Notes: generated by a model from the letters alone, not told the origin. A DNA stretch of 64,000 nt from an uncultured virus (IMG/VR IMGVR_UViG_3300027668_000014) (IMGVR_UViG_3300027668_000014), one strand, 5' to 3'. Positions 49,301-57,929 are shown, counted from the stretch's first letter. Numbers and translations: made by a program.

Positions 49301-49521
49301 TCCGCTATAGAGCCTATACACACGGACCCGGATGGTATATAATCCTGGCCAATGTCAGGATGTTCATTCCCAAGCACATTTTGTATAGTTCCAACATCAG
49401 ATCCTTCTGAAGTTGAAACCTGTATGTTCATCGCATTCCTATAATCGCCGTTCGGAATAAGCCTCTCATCGAGGTCTTTATTCATTTTACCACCGGTAAA
49501 TTTATGCTTAATTTCTGGCAT
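40321..49521 (-). CDS. giant tail (stabilisation/nozzle-like) protein with C-terminal GCxD repeats
   Basis: N-terminal GKMNKDLDERLIPNGDYRNAMNI, LFWTDN..EPKKINI, FAYRY, YGIS.NPESFA, GWVSF; follows the head-tail adaptors. Confidence 0.75.
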   Translation of the reverse strand: MPEIKHKFTGGKMNKDLDERLIPNGDYRNAMNIQVSTSEGSDVGTIQNVLGNEHPDIGQDYIPSGSVCIGSIADEKNDCFYWFTTEGSFKTAFEATGSDSAIGLSTTVMGGVNQQGQGNPWSASYWSPPLDGLNGESSLFFDSEEYTVKRTNTIHRLTELHNPDEEYDYKIETVFLDDAGLIVNIWRPGGDSQSETAESLLASGTDSVGNTATCTPSAACNAFSNTVLGGYAMYGFRNNGMGYGSWSGPNPGVNTKFQLNIYDAADVKVGDSVQGIGFNPWSEYLGYEPYQNFFKEDTYVTSKTLITNWVNHSGEAKEHHVITCNRPVGVAWYNAVTGQVIDDIAFSPSDGLPASSLVTHLHFDHSVLKFSDENLITGINIVDDMLFWTDNSSEPKKINIPRSIEGTIPSAHNHTRLINKAEDITFSSGIDIREEHVTVIKKAPTSPPTITVKSGREPDLNYSGIFYTQEPGSALDSSFLNNNGTQSTRDNFSGLGVGDTFRIKLEERVDGLYPFNNPSSYGFNNTLSGSGYPLEWNDNINYDVVIKHCSDIDGTTQPSLPLGVNWVIKAKIIPWSRNNFGITTPTTSDIGGVIGMKLEIVAIQSTPLVADSAVNGGTLNYVIDLFDKSEKIFEFKFPRFAYRYQYEDGELSTFSPFSEIGFSPGGYTFEPNQGYNLGMTNAAASIDIQNFITQDIPLDVTRIDLLYKDDSSPTVYLIESVRPKDDKTIWDSAILDYVSSWDQNKYTITEENISAALPSNQLLRSWDNVPRKALAQEVSGNRIIYGNYLQNYSLYTNTKDKVNATPSFKHSLVSHELNDIRSIKTLREYQLGVTFLDKFGRETPVLTNPNGSFKVPKSSSVNNSRLKVGLRGVTKVPQHMTHFKFYIKQTSNEYYNMAMDRYYDAEDGNVWLAFASSDRNKIDIDTFLILKKGVSSSVLVKDKARYKVLAIENEAPDFIKTAKILISDAKHKEKMDDGSGTLITNTEPLFSLTTMEGSPAQGSNTFTMNWNVFSGSTGRNLDKVLDKANGPAELYVDFHNSQTGETSSRYRIAELTADWDSAQDEADNFFVKIADKGFGTDINFTCNTPSNPTAADNIIDNIQVRIYKYQVENKPQFDGRFFVKILIDHVFDAAIKIVQDGNVEYIDTQVRDVFYLGTNAAYMAKMAPLRSMWGGYSFNSYNHPETGDETRLARYMAYFQPMLMRNAAHTALYSSVGPIQGHPSTTQEVPDGNPWSGNYVDTSTGGGWYNSSGSWVGNNFYTLNKLAGYHYTGTDCIGSGLALSGNCMGGYKWDVNGTWYIDGSQFYANRSNDDFYQSPSGAGWTVKPAGSHGGGITNYGRYELAMGGIIAHPSATGVWSPQSPQMSWQHDNPNATRSADGVKYATTWEGEPIFSNNGTLTFEMQKWYDNSLGGASGSVPEHTVPGFFNIQSLPGITSGSAPNDYHDNQHAFADLIFQGKRFRWAEDPTNIITEIVGDIDPFRRTRNPAHGTSTRTWSTSDSDAGWGGYGTVNDSNYNTAENELRPANFSKTFRFNTIDDTGSQAIAWNPTALSDQTNHGPIPGGVNMGTTDNPVTYLAGLKIKIDSGSSNFLSTWNGYSDAWVNIDNTRGYCVNNAVPYDITHQHFIITKVGNVSITNSNLLIRNIDGNRAYITGYHSMLAPSDFPTSFNVGDALELQQACMNGMSQDAADSINSTPNVYGKHIGAVGYTFKFQEPLEFVEGEFLPPDPAVWETEPKDDVDIDIYYAASSPIPVALNDTTIRTALPIGTLLSAQGAWFTSDQSVVNNYDNVVEVSDPFMTDASSSSVGMMVGDVLQATMPDGTIMGYGIEGFLYENSSYPIADHLILSTNILTSNVRLNWHNCYSWGNGVESNRIRDNYNQPYISNGVVVSTTLEEYDEERKKYGLIYSGIYNSVSGINDTNQFIAAEKITKDVNPIYGSIQKLHSRSSADGDLITLCEDRILKILADKDAVFNADGNANLTASNKVLGQAIPYAGDYGISKNPESFASESYRVYFTDKVRGAVMRLSKDGLTPISSYGMKDWFRDHLSKTSSIYGSYDDKKEEYNVTLQFPGTVVAENQISQTTVSYREDTKGWVSFKSFTPENALSCANEYYTINNGLAWHHHADPLTISHNTFYNVFEKSSFEVIFNEFPAAIKSFKTLNYEGTQSKVSQVFDPNVGGLLNDGVFHNLASSDGWFVDNITTDQDTGSMAEFINKEGKWFNYMQGEQLNVTSYLAENYDSGDFAHQGIGFSLAAPIQSAIFGCMDPLAFNYNSLADFPNDPDDCAPFVYGCTTPGAFNYNANVNTDDGSCIWMGCTDGPTSGLMTLNGCGLGCTGAMNFDSIANTDDGSCIYCIYGCTDSTMFNYDASATCDDGNCIPFIPGCMDTYNGNVQNYNSSANIDDGSCDYTGCPESSGADNAGAPLPAGLLALTTNGDPLLRTSTACWANYTPYNNYPFSVTLVQPYPGPSASNSYLDDINSWLGSQSLTPITYVPPCPTVDNGTCSYDGCMDDGQLNNSIYPPYPAINYDPTATVQSLANCVYCGDTTAFNYDYADLQDPLGSFDACLYCPDLQSTLVVDNPQLDSFDITWSIPAGINILPPGPLSPGDSGINNIQIQWGKSSEVPPYTIGLQTNPGGGSFSYNPYDFNVSNANYPAITDNGDGTFTITVSLGQFADGILLGAPGIAPNTEYSVAVDTFCSNNPVDAVPANTILTSNFVNSNTVSQVQITTLTPPPTPVVGCLSDPLAINYMCGPNNTGTNNPNSQVPCTGVNGPIVGGIDPANGLIVNTDDGSCVTAVTGCTDDGYCTDGSITYSSYHPCYNSLYQTSNSPFNGFAAENWDPAANSDDGSCEYTGCMTASDCNYDANYNIPCVDDNGVTNGTGGNCCGGCGDNLALNWSGFTNTNCLATCEYCSLLPSPITTDPLIGLGVNISTTGGTRVVNGVTYLGISITTSFPSGFDFSVVNQATGLNWYEIHLKVKEVGVGGFDVPYLQIDLSNPPATGQAFTKTYSAWNNTGMQIFNPAIKQGVAYEFQFGVICTVNNPNGSNYSVGMADNLWQGPFTY

Positions 49522-49524
49522 GGA

Positions 49525-50916
49525 CTAGTGTTTTATTTGTTTCGATTTACCTCTTAAGATTTGAGTAATTTCCTCTAGTTTAATGTTAGAAAGCCTTAAC
49601 TTAGCATTTCTTATTGCTGCAAACCTTTCTTTTTTAAACCTATTAACTTGATACTCTGGCACGTTAGCCCTGCCTGATAAAACGGCGTGTGATATCCACT
49701 TGTACATTGCTTCTTCAGCAAACTTATGAACTTGCATCTCACCGTCAGTACCAAGACTATCGCTTATGTAATCTAAGATCACAGTTTTACCGATAATATT
49801 AGAGCTAAAATGGATTTTTCCAGAAACACAGTCTATATAAAAAGATCCGTTAACCTGGGCGTGCTGAGGGTCCAACCCATATCTACTACCATCCATTGGC
49901 CAGTAAGCTTCGTCTTGATTATTGTTTTTGTTCTCAGGTGGTGTTCCTGATCTGAACTTTTTCCAAGTTGTGGAAAGAGTACTTTCTTCTGAAGGCGTGG
50001 AAAGAGTAAGTGTGTTTGAACTAGTTGCCACTGAACCCGTGAAACTACTAGACAGCCACACTATTGAAACATCATTACCAATATATCCATTGTTTGTTGT
50101 TGGCGCTGGATTAACCCCAATGACAGTGGTTCCAGGTGGGAAACCAGCTATATTAGCTAGCATACCAATTTTAATTTTATCTACGTTTAAAGCTGGGCCA
50201 GGAAAATCATCAATATGATTATCACCTATATGTGTTCTCCAATGAGGGCCGGTTGAAAACTCTTCGACAAGTGGAACTATAGCAGAGTCATCATCATTTG
50301 TAAAGGTGTAAGCTTGTCCACCCGAAAAAGTATGCGTAGCGGCAATACTCATAGTTATTTCAGTAAAACCCGTTACGGCATCATAGTCAATCGCTGAAAC
50401 AGTCGCGGCAGAATCAATACCAACCATACCACTTATCAACATACCAACTTTAATATTGCTGTAAACAGCATCCATTGACAATAATGTCGAACCGTTAACT
50501 TGAGAGCCAACAGTTATTATTTCCCAAGTAAATTCTCCATCTGAATCTACGGGTAGCGAGGGCGAGGGATTTGAAGTTTTACTCGTTGGGTATAACAAAT
50601 GTTTTATGCCAACGGAATCCACCCAACTAACTTTTGTATAATTAACGTAGTCTTGTGGGAGTATCATTTGAAGCGACGGTGTTACTACTACTTCTTGAGC
50701 CTTACAAGACTTAAATACGTCAAAAGATAATTCTTGCATAGCTCTTTGAGCATGAAAAGCCACGTCAACTCTTTTTACTTTCGCTATAATCTTATCCTCA
50801 CCAACGTAAACGGTCATAAATTGGTTTATTATATCTTTTAAAGACGTAAATTGGTATCCACCATAATCGCTGCTATTATAATACTCTTGCTGTGTAGTGC
50901 CGTCTAATAATCCCAT
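49525..50916 (-). CDS. putative tail adaptor/tubular protein
   Basis: LPQDYVNYTKVSWVD; gene order after the capsid. Confidence 0.6.
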   Translation of the reverse strand: MGLLDGTTQQEYYNSSDYGGYQFTSLKDIINQFMTVYVGEDKIIAKVKRVDVAFHAQRAMQELSFDVFKSCKAQEVVVTPSLQMILPQDYVNYTKVSWVDSVGIKHLLYPTSKTSNPSPSLPVDSDGEFTWEIITVGSQVNGSTLLSMDAVYSNIKVGMLISGMVGIDSAATVSAIDYDAVTGFTEITMSIAATHTFSGGQAYTFTNDDDSAIVPLVEEFSTGPHWRTHIGDNHIDDFPGPALNVDKIKIGMLANIAGFPPGTTVIGVNPAPTTNNGYIGNDVSIVWLSSSFTGSVATSSNTLTLSTPSEESTLSTTWKKFRSGTPPENKNNNQDEAYWPMDGSRYGLDPQHAQVNGSFYIDCVSGKIHFSSNIIGKTVILDYISDSLGTDGEMQVHKFAEEAMYKWISHAVLSGRANVPEYQVNRFKKERFAAIRNAKLRLSNIKLEEITQILRGKSKQIKH

Positions 50917-50919
50917 TTA

Positions 50920-51621
50920 TTATATTTTTTCTTGTTCAACTTGTGTTTTTTCTAAACCTGCACCAGCTTGTGAGATATCATCTCTCTTCATAGCTACTCC
51001 AGCATATTTTAATATCTTATAAACCAGTTCAGTTTCTTCTGATGCATGTAGGGCAAAGTGTGTTGTTCTTAATGGATTGTCATTAAATAATGCTTTACCG
51101 TCTATAACAACGTATCCCCATGATGGCAAGGGTGGTATTCTAGTATATGATATGTCTATTCTTGTTGGGCGTGGGTATATGTTAAGCCCGTCTATTCTAT
51201 TAACGTAAACACCTCTTTCTAATGAAGGCTTAGTTAGTGGACTCCCTTGCATACTATGAAACTCATTGTTATTTACTTGCTCTATCTCTTGGTTATTGTC
51301 ACTATTGACAACAGTACCTACCTTGTAAAGATCAGGTATCAGTGTTCTATAGTCATACCTACCGTGACCTGGAACGAATCGACTTAAAACTCTCACTTCT
51401 AACTCACTCAACTTCTCTTGTATAATGCTAAGCATGTCCGAGTACTCCGTGTCATTACCCGAAACCCTGCCAAACTGATTTATATCGTAAAAATACTGAT
51501 TTAATATTTCAGTCTGAGCTTGATTGGCAAATAAGTTATACTCCTGTGGTGTTATGTACCCTCTCTGCTCTTTGTTAGCAAAGACTAAAACTTTTTGATA
51601 TACCGTGTCTATATTTACCAT
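50920..51621 (-). CDS. putative head-tail connector/tail tubular protein
   Basis: NKEQRGYITPQEYNLFANQAQ...IYP...ISYTRIP. Confidence 0.65.
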   Translation of the reverse strand: MVNIDTVYQKVLVFANKEQRGYITPQEYNLFANQAQTEILNQYFYDINQFGRVSGNDTEYSDMLSIIQEKLSELEVRVLSRFVPGHGRYDYRTLIPDLYKVGTVVNSDNNQEIEQVNNNEFHSMQGSPLTKPSLERGVYVNRIDGLNIYPRPTRIDISYTRIPPLPSWGYVVIDGKALFNDNPLRTTHFALHASEETELVYKILKYAGVAMKRDDISQAGAGLEKTQVEQEKI

Positions 51622-51630
51622 TTTTATTAT

Positions 51631-51792
51631 TTATTTGTTATACGGAAACAATCTATTTAACGTGTCTTTTCTTGCCCCGCATCCACAGTCTTTTTTAACA
51701 GCCTTGCTAACCGTGTCTACAACTTTCTTAATCCCAGTTGCCTTTGTTATTTTCTCTATAGTGTCGCCTAAACCTTTTGATTTTTCTTTCAT
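51631..51792 (-). CDS. small phage protein (53 aa, not in ORF track)
   Basis: MKEKSKGLGDTIEKITKATGIKKVV...DCGCGARKDTLNRLFPYNK*. Confidence 0.7.
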   Translation of the reverse strand: MKEKSKGLGDTIEKITKATGIKKVVDTVSKAVKKDCGCGARKDTLNRLFPYNK

Positions 51793-51811
51793 ATAATTGA
51801 ATTTAGTAGTG

Positions 51812-51837
51812 TACGATCGCCCCGTAGAGCGACCGCA
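51812..51837 (-). promoter_or_regulatory. stable 11 bp hairpin with cUACGg tetraloop and no U-tract
   Basis: - strand TGCGGTCGCTC-TACG-GGGCGATCGTA, intergenic. Confidence 0.6.
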
Positions 51838-51849
51838 TCTACAGTTAGA

Positions 51850-52707
51850 TTATTCGTTTAATCTTTTTTCAATGTTAGTGTAAATCTCCATACCCTCGTC
51901 AGTTTTAAACCAGTGTGCTAGAGCAGTGTAAGGATGCTCATCAAACGGTATAACCATTAACTTTCTTCCGTTACTACCCCACAAAAAGTTTCTCTGATCA
52001 ATAGATAATCTTAGTATTCCATTTTCAACAGCTTTGATACCAAAGTTTCTCAGCATTACATTCTCGTCATCCGCTAGTTCTAAGAAGAGCTTAGGATTGT
52101 TTCGAGCAAATACTAATAAATCTCTTTTAAGTTCCTTAGAACTCAACTGAGACACCTCAGATCCTTTCTCTACACGCATGATAGCTTCAGCCATATCTAT
52201 ATCTATATTTCTAGCCGCTATCAAAGCGTCAACTTGAATATTTAATACGTCAATTTCATCAGCAGCGATTGCAGCTGGTTTGTACTCCTCGTAAACAGTA
52301 TCTCTATCCGGGTGGTATAATGATAATAATTTTTGTAAGACTGTTTGTTCTTTTGCCACGAATAAACTGCCAGATCTAAAAATAATATGTTCTAATCTTT
52401 GATCTCCTTTCATTTCATCAACAAATGATGTTTTTTGATTTTGGCAATATTTCAACTCTCTTTCATAGCCTAAGTCTTTGTCAAAATAATATATACCAGC
52501 AGCTTTAATAGATCTTGATAACGGTGTTTGCCCTTTTTTCAAGTAATAAACCCTGTCTTTTATTTCCCACTCATTAGCTGGTTTTAATCTTTCTCTTGTT
52601 TTTGGTTCTGCAACTACAGTTTCTTCAATAAATTCTGTAACTACTTCTTCCATTGTTTCGATTTGAGGTTCTACCTCAACTTTCTTTGTGTTAGCTTTTT
52701 TAGCCAT
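51850..52707 (-). CDS. hypothetical protein downstream of the capsid gene
   Basis: 285 aa ORF. Confidence 0.7.
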   Translation of the reverse strand: MAKKANTKKVEVEPQIETMEEVVTEFIEETVVAEPKTRERLKPANEWEIKDRVYYLKKGQTPLSRSIKAAGIYYFDKDLGYERELKYCQNQKTSFVDEMKGDQRLEHIIFRSGSLFVAKEQTVLQKLLSLYHPDRDTVYEEYKPAAIAADEIDVLNIQVDALIAARNIDIDMAEAIMRVEKGSEVSQLSSKELKRDLLVFARNNPKLFLELADDENVMLRNFGIKAVENGILRLSIDQRNFLWGSNGRKLMVIPFDEHPYTALAHWFKTDEGMEIYTNIEKRLNE

Positions 52708-52736
52708 AATATAATATAATATAAATTAATAAAATA

Positions 52737-52766
52737 AAAGGACCGAGGCCGAAGCCCCGGTTCTTT
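52737..52766 (-). terminator. rho-independent terminator after the major capsid gene
   Basis: - strand AAAGAACCGGGGC-TTCG-GCCTCGGTCC-TTTTATTTT (cUUCGg loop). Confidence 0.85.
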
Positions 52767-52778
52767 AATAAATTGTGC

Positions 52779-54281
52779 TTATTTCAATAACATGAAATTG
52801 TTAGCACCTTGTGTAATTAAACATCTTTCAGTTAACATATGTAACTGCATTGCATCTAAAGCAGACGTAGCAGCACCAACCGAACCAGTAACCCATGATT
52901 TCATTTTTCTATCATCAGTTTGAGAAGCTCTGTAACGAACGTGTAAAAATGGACGTTTTAAGTTTTTCCCTAACATTTGGTCATAAACAGTTGATGTTCC
53001 AGCAGGTACCATGATACCTCTGATAGCGTTAGCTCCAGCAGTAGCATTAATACCACCTCTTGTAGCTTTGTCATTTAAGTATCTCATATCAGACTTGTAG
53101 AAGTCGTAAGAACCTCTTCTGAAACCAGAGAAACCTAAGTTCAATGCCATATCTTCAGAATTGTCAAATACTCCGTAAGAAGTACCACCAGCTCCGTAAG
53201 AATTCATAGAAGCTAACATGTCATCCATCGCTAACGAAGTAGCTCTGTTTACAAACATCATGTTTTCTTCAATAGCACCTTGAGAATCAAATTCTGCTAA
53301 GATAGCGTCAAATTCAGCTAAATCAGTTGCAGCATTCACGCCAGTGATACCAGAAGTAATATTACCTCTTGACTCAATAGCAGCGAACAAACCTTCAGTA
53401 CCAACACCGTCTCCAGCAGCAGTTCCATTTAACCAAGCAGATCCATCTAAATCAGAAGTTGAATCATTTTTCTCAGCCTCTAACATTGCCATTTCAATAT
53501 AGTCATTAAAACGAGCTCTTGTATCAGACTCAGCTTTTAAGTACCACATGTATCCAGCAGCACCTTCCTCAGAAGTAATCTCAACCCATCCAATTTTAGA
53601 AACATCAGATCCAGATACTTCGTAGTAATCTTTCATGATGATTGGTTTATTTGAGAATGTATGGAAATCTGGCTCATTAGCTCCTTTAGTACTAACCTCA
53701 GTACCAGTATTGCTTCTGTAGCTATCAGCTTTTCCAAATTCAGAACCATAAACTAACACTGTTGATCCTGCAGTAGGTCCAACTAATAGCGCAGCGGCAC
53801 CGTTAGCGTAAGGAGATACATCTATAGTTGTTGCCGCAACAGCACCAACTAAACACTTAACCACACCATTAGCAGAATCAGATACAATTACTGTATCATT
53901 AACTCTTATAGAGTGACCTTTAGCATTTAATGCTCTACCATCGATATCAGTATTAAGCGTGATTCTTGAAGATGCAGCACCACCAGCTCCAATAGCTACT
54001 CCACTACCAGCAGCGACAGTCGCTTTGTAAGATAAATGTAAACGACCTTGCTCAGACCAAATAACTTGGTCAGCAGTCATCGCTTCTTCAGCTCCTACTT
54101 GTGAAAGAAATCCTGAAATAGTTCTCGGTCCGAAAACTTCAGCTTCTTTTTCCATAAGATCTGGTACGTATTGTTGTCCCCATCCGGCTGCGCCGTTAAG
54201 GTCTAAGTAGTTTGTTGCTAATGTCTGCTTAAAAGGAGCAGGTACACTGTTTAACAAACCACCGGGATTTGATATTGCCAT
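52779..54281 (-). CDS. major capsid protein (putative)
   Basis: 500 aa; follows portal and scaffold; GTEGLFAAIESRGN; strong terminator downstream. Confidence 0.8.
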   Translation of the reverse strand: MAISNPGGLLNSVPAPFKQTLATNYLDLNGAAGWGQQYVPDLMEKEAEVFGPRTISGFLSQVGAEEAMTADQVIWSEQGRLHLSYKATVAAGSGVAIGAGGAASSRITLNTDIDGRALNAKGHSIRVNDTVIVSDSANGVVKCLVGAVAATTIDVSPYANGAAALLVGPTAGSTVLVYGSEFGKADSYRSNTGTEVSTKGANEPDFHTFSNKPIIMKDYYEVSGSDVSKIGWVEITSEEGAAGYMWYLKAESDTRARFNDYIEMAMLEAEKNDSTSDLDGSAWLNGTAAGDGVGTEGLFAAIESRGNITSGITGVNAATDLAEFDAILAEFDSQGAIEENMMFVNRATSLAMDDMLASMNSYGAGGTSYGVFDNSEDMALNLGFSGFRRGSYDFYKSDMRYLNDKATRGGINATAGANAIRGIMVPAGTSTVYDQMLGKNLKRPFLHVRYRASQTDDRKMKSWVTGSVGAATSALDAMQLHMLTERCLITQGANNFMLLK

Positions 54282-54301
54282 AATTTTGTTTTTTTAAATT
54301 T

Positions 54302-55504
54302 TTATTTATTTTTGTTTTTAATTTTAAATTGGAAATCTTCCGAATCGTTACTTAGAGTACGCACGGTAAACCCGTTGTTGGTAATAGCACCTTCGTGCAC
54401 TTGCCTAGGATCCATGCTAACATTCTTGGACTTAGCAATGCTGTTTTTTAAAGCGTCAGCCTTACCTTGCTCGTAGAAATGATTTGCAATTTGATCAGGG
54501 TTCATTGCTGTAAAAAGTCCTTTGTGGTATCCACTCGCGTCGTCTATTGTATTATCTTCGGTCAAAAACTTTTTGATGAAGTTGTTAATATCTCCTTGAG
54601 TTTCTTTTAACTTAGCTGTATCCTTGACATTAAACCTAAATTTCTTTTCTCCGACGTTATATTCAAAACCTTTGAATTTATCGTTAAAAACTTGATTAGT
54701 TTTGTTTTCAAAAATAGATGCTTGCTTTTTACTTAGCTCGTACTTTTCTTCTGATTCCAGGTTGTATCTATTAAAAAAATCAATTGCCTCTTGTTGATCT
54801 GTCGTGAGTTTCGATCCAGCTTTGATTTCTTCATAGTACTTGGACTTTACACCGTCCAGGTGTTGCCTTGCTTGAGCAACTTGCTCCTTCATGGCTAGTT
54901 TTTTTCTTTTTATATCTCTATCATCATCTTCGTCTTCGTCGTAAGCAAAGGTATCTTCCATTACGAAGTCAACTTCGTCACTGGTTAGATGAGGTTTTGT
55001 AGACTTATAATATTCTTTTAGTAAGGTGTGATTGTCTAGTTCTGAGTAATCCTGATTAAGAGTTACATAATCTGTTAGGTCACCACCTGTTTCTTTCATA
55101 AAGTTTACTAACTTTAATAGGTCATCAGACAAAGGTTCTTGACCTACGGTCTTTTGTTCGATGTTTTTCTCAACCTCAACAGGAGCTTCAATTACCTCCT
55201 CTGTTTCCTGTTCTGTAGTAACCTCTTCTAAAACAGGTACTTCCTCTTGCTCCACAACTTTTTCTTTAACAGTTAACACTTCTTCTACGGCTTCAGGCTC
55301 GCTTACAACTTCCTCATCAGGTTGCTTCATGTTAACCTTGGTAATTGTTTCCTCAGTGATTTGAGCTGGTTTTTTCATTTTAGCCTCAACCTTAGTAACA
55401 TCTCCTTCTGTTTTATTGTTGTCTGGTTGTTTTGTTGTTTTTTCTTTTACTTTAATTTTGCCAGTATCGTCATTTGCGATTGGCTCTTCTTTTTTCTTTG
55501 CCAT
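54302..55504 (-). CDS. capsid scaffolding protein (putative)
   Basis: Very acidic E/V/P-rich N-terminal half, helical; between portal and capsid genes. Confidence 0.7.
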   Translation of the reverse strand: MAKKKEEPIANDDTGKIKVKEKTTKQPDNNKTEGDVTKVEAKMKKPAQITEETITKVNMKQPDEEVVSEPEAVEEVLTVKEKVVEQEEVPVLEEVTTEQETEEVIEAPVEVEKNIEQKTVGQEPLSDDLLKLVNFMKETGGDLTDYVTLNQDYSELDNHTLLKEYYKSTKPHLTSDEVDFVMEDTFAYDEDEDDDRDIKRKKLAMKEQVAQARQHLDGVKSKYYEEIKAGSKLTTDQQEAIDFFNRYNLESEEKYELSKKQASIFENKTNQVFNDKFKGFEYNVGEKKFRFNVKDTAKLKETQGDINNFIKKFLTEDNTIDDASGYHKGLFTAMNPDQIANHFYEQGKADALKNSIAKSKNVSMDPRQVHEGAITNNGFTVRTLSNDSEDFQFKIKNKNK

Positions 55505-55531
55505 AATATAATATAATAATAGTTAATAAAT

Positions 55532-57928
55532 TTATCTAGGTCCAAAGCTTGACATATCCCCAAGACCTCCTAAAGTGTCGTTACCAGAAGATTCAAAATC
55601 TTTAGGTGGTTTATTGTTGTTTCTTTGGTCAATCATCTCACTTTGTTGGGATGCTTGGATTTTTGTTCTGTTATCTTTTCTGTCTTCTTTTTCTTTTTCA
55701 GCCTTATCTTTACCTTGACCCTCGCCCATTTTTAATTGCATGTTATAGTCAAACTCAAGTTGCATTAACTGTTTTTTAATCTCAGCTTCTTGTATTAACT
55801 TTTCCATTTCAAAACCAGACTTTGCTTGTTCTATAGATATAGCTGTTTGCGCTACTGCTTTGTTTTTCTCTATTTCTAGTTTAGCAGAAGACTCTTGTTG
55901 TTGTATGTTGGCCTCGGCTTGAGCCTGCATGTTTTCTTGTTGTAGCTTTTGATCTTTTTGAACCTTCTTTTTTCTTCTGATTTTAAGAAGCTGATTAGCT
56001 AGTTTTATGTTTCGTATTTCCCTAAGGTCAATCGCATCCTCCAACTCGATGTTCTGTTGTCCTAGAGCTACTTGAATGTTGTTTTCTAAAATTGCTTTTT
56101 CTTCTTCGTCTGGAGATAGCTCTATAAATATACCAAAATCATATAAATGCAGTTCACTCATTTCAGTCAACGTTGCTACGTTGTGAGCTCCTATAGCTTG
56201 TATAAAAGCTTCTCTTGTTGGCGAGTATTCTATGATATCAGATATTCTAAGCGATAAACACTCGGTAACGTTTTTGGTTATAAATAAACCACCTTGTAAT
56301 ATGTGCCTCGTGGCTGTATTAGAGTTTGCTGCAGCTAGCTTTTGAACCCCAACCAAAGCCTTTGGATCTGGATTAGCAGCGTCTCTAGCTTCGTTAAGAC
56401 CCGTAACATCCCTTATCATTTGCAGGTAATAGTTGTAGTTCCCTATAAGTGATTGAAGCTTTTGTCCGCCCGCTCCACTTGTTATTTCTTGAATAGGTAT
56501 TTTACCTGGATTCATATCGCCATCCTGAGTGAAAGATCTACCAATAACAGATCCTGTCTGAAAAAACATGTTTAAAGCTTCTTGTGGATTGTAGTTTGTT
56601 CCATTACCTAAATCTATTTCAGCTAAGCCGTCAGCATCTAAATAAACACCGTCCGGTGTCATCCTAGACATAACTTGTTGTATTTTCAAGTGCGTAAGCT
56701 GGATCATATCTGCAAAGCCAGTAATTCTTTTAACTAACGAATCAATTCTACCCTCATACATTCTAGGAGCGCACATAGAGTAGTTCATCTTAACCTTAGT
56801 AAAATCACTCTTAGGACGCATCATGTTCTTAGCCATCTCCCACTTTAAAAGCTTTTTAGTACCTAAAACTAAAGCGCCATCGTAAAGTACCTCCATTTTC
56901 CTAGATTCTTTAGTGAAGTTTTCTGTATCAACAGCTTCAAACGAATCGTCTTTTGGTATAGCTTTGTCTCCTCCGCTAGCGCTCTCCTTTAACTTATAAA
57001 CCTCGCTCATGTAGGTTTTGTAATTAAAGTACAACACGCTAATATTATTTTTATCAGAATCGTTGTTTGTACGTTTTGACATGTTATACCTGTCTCTTAC
57101 CACGTTGTTCTTAGTGATCTCCTCTAAATCCGCAGTTGTTAAGTGTGGAAACTGTTTTATGAGTTCGTTTACAGGGATCTGCTTAACTTCTCCAACATAG
57201 TATATGTCATCAAAATAAGGCGAGTCAGAGTGAGAGTAAACTAGGTTTGCTGGGTCAACGTAGTCTACCGTTACACCTTCAGATGTGTTGAAGCAAGTTT
57301 TAACAGCACCCATGCCTAACACCGTTAAGTCGTAGTAAAATCTTTTTTTAGTTAACTCATAATCATTACCTTCCAGCAAAGTATTTATAGCTTGTTCTTC
57401 AGCTATTTCTACAGCTTGCTTGTAATTAAGCTGCATGTGTAAGTCTAGTTCTTCTTGAGAATCTGGAAGTAAACTGGGTTCGTTAATATAAAGATCTAAA
57501 TTAAACTTGTCTTTCACGAAATCCTTAACCTCTTTACTTCTCATGTCCTCCATGATAGAATTCATGTACTCAGTTCTTTTGCTAACTCCAAAAGGATCTT
57601 GAGAATAAGCTTTTATGTCGTAAGTTCTATTAGCCATACCGTTAGTAACTATGTCTACAAACTTAGATATTATTGGTACAGGCTTCCAATCTAAATTAAG
57701 ATAGGACAAATCACCGTTGATCGATAACTCATCCTTATACTTTTGAACTGACTGCTCGCCTCTAGCGTACAACCTTAAATTACGAAAACTATTACTGCTA
57801 CTAGCATACCTCGTAGTTTGATTGTTTTCATCAAACCACTCACCTTCAATAGCCTGTGCTACCTTGAGCCCATACTCATAGCTTATTTTTTCTACATCGC
57901 TAACTATTTGATTTGGAAAATTCCTCAT
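55532..57928 (-). CDS. portal protein
   Basis: 798 aa directly after the terminase; PIISKFVDIV, IRDVTGLNEARD, Q/E-rich C-terminal coiled coil. Confidence 0.82.
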   Translation of the reverse strand: MRNFPNQIVSDVEKISYEYGLKVAQAIEGEWFDENNQTTRYASSSNSFRNLRLYARGEQSVQKYKDELSINGDLSYLNLDWKPVPIISKFVDIVTNGMANRTYDIKAYSQDPFGVSKRTEYMNSIMEDMRSKEVKDFVKDKFNLDLYINEPSLLPDSQEELDLHMQLNYKQAVEIAEEQAINTLLEGNDYELTKKRFYYDLTVLGMGAVKTCFNTSEGVTVDYVDPANLVYSHSDSPYFDDIYYVGEVKQIPVNELIKQFPHLTTADLEEITKNNVVRDRYNMSKRTNNDSDKNNISVLYFNYKTYMSEVYKLKESASGGDKAIPKDDSFEAVDTENFTKESRKMEVLYDGALVLGTKKLLKWEMAKNMMRPKSDFTKVKMNYSMCAPRMYEGRIDSLVKRITGFADMIQLTHLKIQQVMSRMTPDGVYLDADGLAEIDLGNGTNYNPQEALNMFFQTGSVIGRSFTQDGDMNPGKIPIQEITSGAGGQKLQSLIGNYNYYLQMIRDVTGLNEARDAANPDPKALVGVQKLAAANSNTATRHILQGGLFITKNVTECLSLRISDIIEYSPTREAFIQAIGAHNVATLTEMSELHLYDFGIFIELSPDEEEKAILENNIQVALGQQNIELEDAIDLREIRNIKLANQLLKIRRKKKVQKDQKLQQENMQAQAEANIQQQESSAKLEIEKNKAVAQTAISIEQAKSGFEMEKLIQEAEIKKQLMQLEFDYNMQLKMGEGQGKDKAEKEKEDRKDNRTKIQASQQSEMIDQRNNNKPPKDFESSGNDTLGGLGDMSSFGPR

Positions 57929-57929
57929 A

